Source: Macrostomum lignano (taxonomy: Eukaryota). From it: a stretch of DNA of 48,080 nt. Positions 43,495-48,080 of this stretch are shown one piece after another. Where the stretch lies: positions 1 through 48,080 of the forward strand of contig NIVC01001460.1 in assembly GCA_002269645.1 (NCBI GenBank). Reading direction: 5' to 3'. The position numbers were made by a program, and so were the translations under genes. The notes below the pieces were generated by a model, which made no database searches, was not told the origin of the DNA, and was given only the letters and a program-made list of their open reading frames with translations. Each line of letters starts with the position of its first letter. Position 1 is the first letter of the stretch.

Positions 43495-44805
43495 AAGCAT
43501 TGGTGACCACAGCATTGGTGAACACAGCATTGGTGAACACAGAATTGGTGAACACAGCATTGGTGAACACAGCATTGGTGAACACAGCATTGGTGAACAC
43601 AGCATTGGTGAACACAGCATTGGTGACCACAGCATTGGTGACCACAGCATTGGTCACCACAGCATTGGTGACCACAGCATTGGTGACCACAGCATTGGTG
43701 ACACACAGAATTGGTGAACACAGCATTGGTGACCACAGCATTGGTAAGCACAGCATTAGTGAACACAGCATTGGTAAACACAGCATTGGTAAACACAGCA
43801 TTAGTGACCACAGCATTGGTGAACACAGCATTGGTGACCACAGCATTGGTAAACACAGCATTGGTGACCACAGCATTGGTAAACACAGCATTGGTGACCA
43901 CAGCATTGGTAAACACAGCATTAGTGAACACAGCATTGGTAAACACAGCATTGGTAAACACAGCATTAGTGAACACAGCATTGGTGACCACAGCATTGGT
44001 GACCACAGCATTGGTAAACACAGCATTGGTGAACACAGCATTGGTGAACACAGCATTGGTGAACACAGCATTGGTGAACACAGCATTGGTGAACACAGCA
44101 TTGGTGACCACAGCATTGGTGAACACAGCATTGGTAAACACAGCATTGGTGACCACAGCATTGGTGACCACAGCATTGGTAAACACAGCATTGGTGACCA
44201 CAGCATTGGTGACCACAGCATTAGTAAACACAGCATTAGTAAACACAGCATTAGTAAACACAGCATTAGTGAACACAGCATTGGTAAACACAGCAATAGT
44301 GAACACAGCATTAGTAAACACAGCATTGGTGACCACAGCATTGGTGAACACAGCATTGGTAAACACAGCATTGGTGACCACAGCATTGGGTAAACACAGC
44401 ATTAGTGAACACAGCATTGGTAAACACAGCATTAGTAAACACAGCATTAGTAAACACAGCATTAGTAAACACAGCATTGGTGACCACAGCATTAGTAAAC
44501 ACAGCATTAGTGAACACAGCATTGGTAAACACAGAATTATGAACACAGCATTAGTAAACACAGCATTAGTGAACACAGCATTAGTAAACACAGCATTGGT
44601 GACCACAGCATTGGTGAACACAGCATTGGTGACCACAGCATTGGTGAACACAGCATTAGTGAACACAGCATTGGTAAACACAGCTTTAGTGAACACAGCA
44701 TTAGTAAACACAGCATTGGTGACCACAGCATTGGTGACACAGCATTGGTGACCACAGCATTGGTGACCACAGCATTGGTGAACACAGCATTGGTAAACAC
44801 AGCAT
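43495..44805. repeat. 15-bp satellite, ~85 copies
   Basis: Unit CACAGCATTGGTGAA with GAC/AAA/TAG variants. Confidence 0.97.
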
Positions 44806-44811
44806 TTGCAG

Positions 44812-47618
44812 GCTGCATGCGATATATTGCTTGGCCTCTGCGTATGGCTGTGCAGCCCAGCCAATGGGAGCAGACCTTGCCGAGGACAGAGTTAAGACAA
44901 GTTCATTATAAAAAGAACAGCTTTGGGTGAGTGAAGAAGTTTAAAGAGGAGTTGCAAGCATGTCAAATACTGTCGTAAACCAAAGTCTAAATGGAAGCTG
45001 TTCTGTTCCGCCTTTCGGCGCGGCGGCGACCTGTGGAGTATATTCAGTAACGTTGCAATTTATTTATATAATTATTTGAGAGAAAATCCATATCTTATAA
45101 ATACAGGAATTAATTTTATTCGTGAAGTTGCTGATAGATCGACGAGGAGGAAATATTGCTACAATTTTTACTGCCATCTTTAGTGTAGCGGGAGGTCATT
45201 TAATGAACTATTACACAGAAGATCCCAGTAGGATATTTCAAACCATTGACAATATTACTCAATATATAGTAAATCGAAACTCGAATAATTAGTATATAAA
45301 TTGCAAATAAACTGAAGCTACTTCAGTAGCTCCTCCCAATTTTTATTTTTTAAAATAATAATAATAATAAATAAATAAAATTAAAAAAGAAAAAAAAAAA
45401 AAAAAACAAAAAACTATTATTTTTATTTAAAAAAATAAATAATGCGGATCCGCAGACAGCAGCCTTCCCGTGGCGATCCGTGTGAGTAGCTTTCACAGTG
45501 ACTGCCAAAGCAAAATGCCTGCAGGCGTCACTGCAAAGCGAAACCAATGGCTGTCTAACAGAACAATTGATGATAATTCCGGGTGGCTTAATTAATATGT
45601 AAAAATCAGTCTTTAAGCATATGGTTATACAGTGTAAATATATGAAATAAGGTTCATGAACTAGATTGACTTTGCTTAACCAATTTTCACTAAACTTGCA
45701 CCTATCAGCGTTCAAAATGCTGATATGCTGTTACAAACTATCATAGTATTTAATGTTAGACCCATCCATTTGCCTGCACTAAAACAGTCACACAGACCCA
45801 GCGTGCCCTCTCTGTGTTAATTCATCTAACTAGCTAACTATGCAAACAAGCAAATAAGATGGGTGGGGCGAAAAAATATCACGCCACCACCCCAACACTG
45901 CCCCCAGCACAATGCTTCTCCACTGCCGAGTTGAGTAAAGTTTGAGCTCAAACCTAAGAGAAGGACTTGTCTCAGCTTTTCGAAGTTTCTGTCTGCCGAG
46001 GCAGAGGGTAGCAGGCGTGTAAGGTAGTTGGTGTGAGAGGCCTTCAGAGACTACCTATGATAACCTGTTACAGTACCATTTTGTGGGATCATCAATAAAT
46101 GTTTTTCCCGCAAAGTTACGACTCTTTATTTGTTATTTGTTGTGTAGCTATGCAGACTGCTTAAAAATGTGCATTAATTTTTTTAAGTAGTATGAAAGCT
46201 TATTACATACATGTAGCTTATACAGTACATATTACTGGAAGTAGCGAAACCATTTTTTTCTCTTTCCTACTCGACACATTGCAATATTGGGAGAATCTGC
46301 TACTGCTAATCTGCTATTGAAGATGAAGCGAACTCCCTGATTTCCGATTTGCCACCTCCCTGATTTCCGATGTGCCACCTCCCTGATTTCCGATGTGCCA
46401 CCTCCCTGATGTCCGATGTGCCACCTCCCTGATGTCGATTTAATTGCCACCTCCCTGATGTCCGATTTGTCACTTCCCTGATGTCCGATTTAATTGCCAC
46501 CTCCCTGATGTCCGATTAATTGCCACCTCCCTGATGTCCGATTTAATTGCCACCTCCCTGATGTCCGATTTAATTGCCACCTCCCTGATGTCCTATTTGC
46601 CACCTCCCTGATGTCCGATTTAATTGCCACCTCCCTGATGTCCGATTTGTCACTTCCCTGATGTCCGATTTAATTGCCACCTCCCTGATGTCCGATTTAA
46701 TTGCCACCTCCCTGATGTCCGATTTAATTGCCACCTCCCTGATGTCCGATTTAATTGCCACCTCCCTGATGTCCTATTTGCCACCTCCCTGATGTCCGAT
46801 TTAATTGCCACCTCCCTGATGTCCGATTTGCCACTCCCTGATGTCCGATTTAATTGCCACCTCCCTGATGTCCTATTTGCCACCTCCCTGATGTCCGATT
46901 TAATTGCCACCTCCTTGATGTCCGATTTAATTGCCACCTCCTTGATGTCCGATTTAATTGCCACCTCCCTGATGTCCTATTTGCCACCTCCCTGATGTCC
47001 GATTTAATTGCCACCTCCCTGATGTCCGATTTAATTGCCACCTCCTTGATGTCGATTTAATTGCCACTCCCTGATGTCCGATTTAATTGCCACTCCTTGA
47101 TGTCCGATTTAATTGCCACCTCCCTGATGTCCGATTTAATTGCCACTCCTTGATGTCCGATTTAATTGCCACCTCCTTGATGTCCGATTTAATTGCCACC
47201 TCCCTGATGTCCGATTTAATTGCCACCTCCTTGATGTCCGATTTAATTGCCACCTCCTTGATGTCCGATTTAATTTCCACCTCCCTGATGTCCTATTTGC
47301 CTCCTTCCTAAAGTCCGATTTGCCTCCTTCCTGATGTCCGATTTGCCACCTCCCTGATGTCCGAATTGCCACCTCCCTGATGTCCGATTTGCCCCCTCCC
47401 TGTGCTGCCTATCGCTGACACGCCTGCTGGCAACAGATTCGGCTTTTGCGACCCTGGCCTCCAACTGGTGCACAGCTACTACTCCTCAGCGAAGGCTGGA
47501 AGCAGGACTGCGGGCTGCGACTGCCACGGGATGGCTGTGCTGGATCTCATGGGCTGCTACACATATGATCCACAGACCGTGCAGCACTGGGAGCTGTGCA
47601 GAGCAATGCGTGTAGGAG
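44812..47618 (+). CDS. Putative exons of an unidentified gene: 44812-44926 and 47437-~47618 (possibly also ~41263-41453)
   Basis: 44812-44926 lies between TTGCAG and GTGAGT and is open (GCMRYIAWPLRMAVQPSQWEQTLPRTELRQVHYKKNSFG). 47437 follows CAACAG in the matching phase (FGFCDPGLQLVHSYYSSAKAGSRTAGCDCHGMAVLDLMGCYTYDPQTVQHWELCRAM) and has GC-rich third positions. Each exon directly follows a tandem array, as in the confirmed genes. No family recognised. Confidence 0.4.
46336..47402. repeat. 27-bp minisatellite, ~39 copies
   Basis: Unit GATGTCCGATTTAATTGCCACCTCCCT. Confidence 0.97.
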
Positions 47619-47755
47619 GTGCGGGTGTCATTTGTTAGATATAAATAGTAACTTGATTCATAGCTTAAGTTTTTGCTGCGCATGTGTGCATTGCTCTACT
47701 TACAGTAGCATTCTTTGATTAAACCTTACACAGCAACGTCACTCGGCCAGTTTTA

Positions 47756-48080
47756 TTATTTTTTACTCGGTTTTATTATCTCAGCATCCGATCTAGTCGG
47801 GTATGGATCATTTACGAGTTTCTGGTTCTCAAGAGCAAACAGGTTGCACTCATTACTTTGAAATCCAGGGGAAACCTTCTTCACTGATTTCTCTAAGGGG
47901 GAGGCTGCTTTTGCAAGATCCCTTTGTTTGAAAAAGTCTTTCTGAAAAAGTGTGCAATGAAATTCCAGCATACAGTTCCCAGATCATCAGTGTCAGGAGC
48001 TTGGGTTGGAATAAAATCGAGTCTCTTATTTAGCAGCTTCGTCTCAGGTTCAGAGAGTTGGAAGGTAAGAGGTGTAGATT
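47756..48080 (-). mobile_element. Degenerate Penelope-like element fragment (region N-terminal to RT)
   Basis: Minus frame reads LTFQLSEPETKLLNKRLDFIPT, matching the PLE motif LSxxExxLLxKGLxFxPT, and continues after a frameshift as F...LFQKDFF. Runs off the window edge. Confidence 0.45.

Noticed and set aside
43473-44864. Long ORFs (463, 346, 299, 297 aa) of TNAVF / PMLCS / HSIGK repeats
   Set aside because: They are translations of a stop-free 15-bp satellite, open in several frames on both strands, with no coding signal.

Overview
This is eukaryotic (animal) genomic DNA, not prokaryotic: spliced GT-AG genes, GC-rich exons in AT-rich spacers, and roughly a quarter of the window in tandem minisatellites. 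That style suggests a free-living flatworm such as Macrostomum (inference only). Genes, left to right: a 3-exon DEG/ENaC-family ion channel (8370-11238, +); a single-exon secreted PAN-like + LamG/ConA protein (12581-13609, +); a possible small 2-TM ORF (15949-16251, +); a complete 5-exon cathepsin D (26389->18696, -) head-to-head with a complete 5-exon SCAMP (26777-30952, +); an Mx-like dynamin-family GTPase (33460-38968, +) with an unusual G4 motif (SHCD), an acidic L4 loop and one unresolved exon junction; and weak exons of an unidentified gene near the right end. Mobile DNA: a decayed RNase H-bearing LOA-like LINE (~780-7460, -) split by a 1.8-kb insertion with a 4-bp duplication; a hAT MITE with a perfect 8-bp TSD; a tRNA-derived SINE; a base-exact 4.2-kb non-autonomous Helitron carrying a 2.5-kb satellite inside cathepsin D intron 4; a possible Crypton-like relic; and a Penelope-like fragment. 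The best leads are the atypical Mx-like GTPase, the satellite-carrying Helitron with tandem relic 3' ends, and the filling of introns by different, often palindromic, minisatellites up to the splice sites. All calls come from reading the sequence by eye; no database searches were run.
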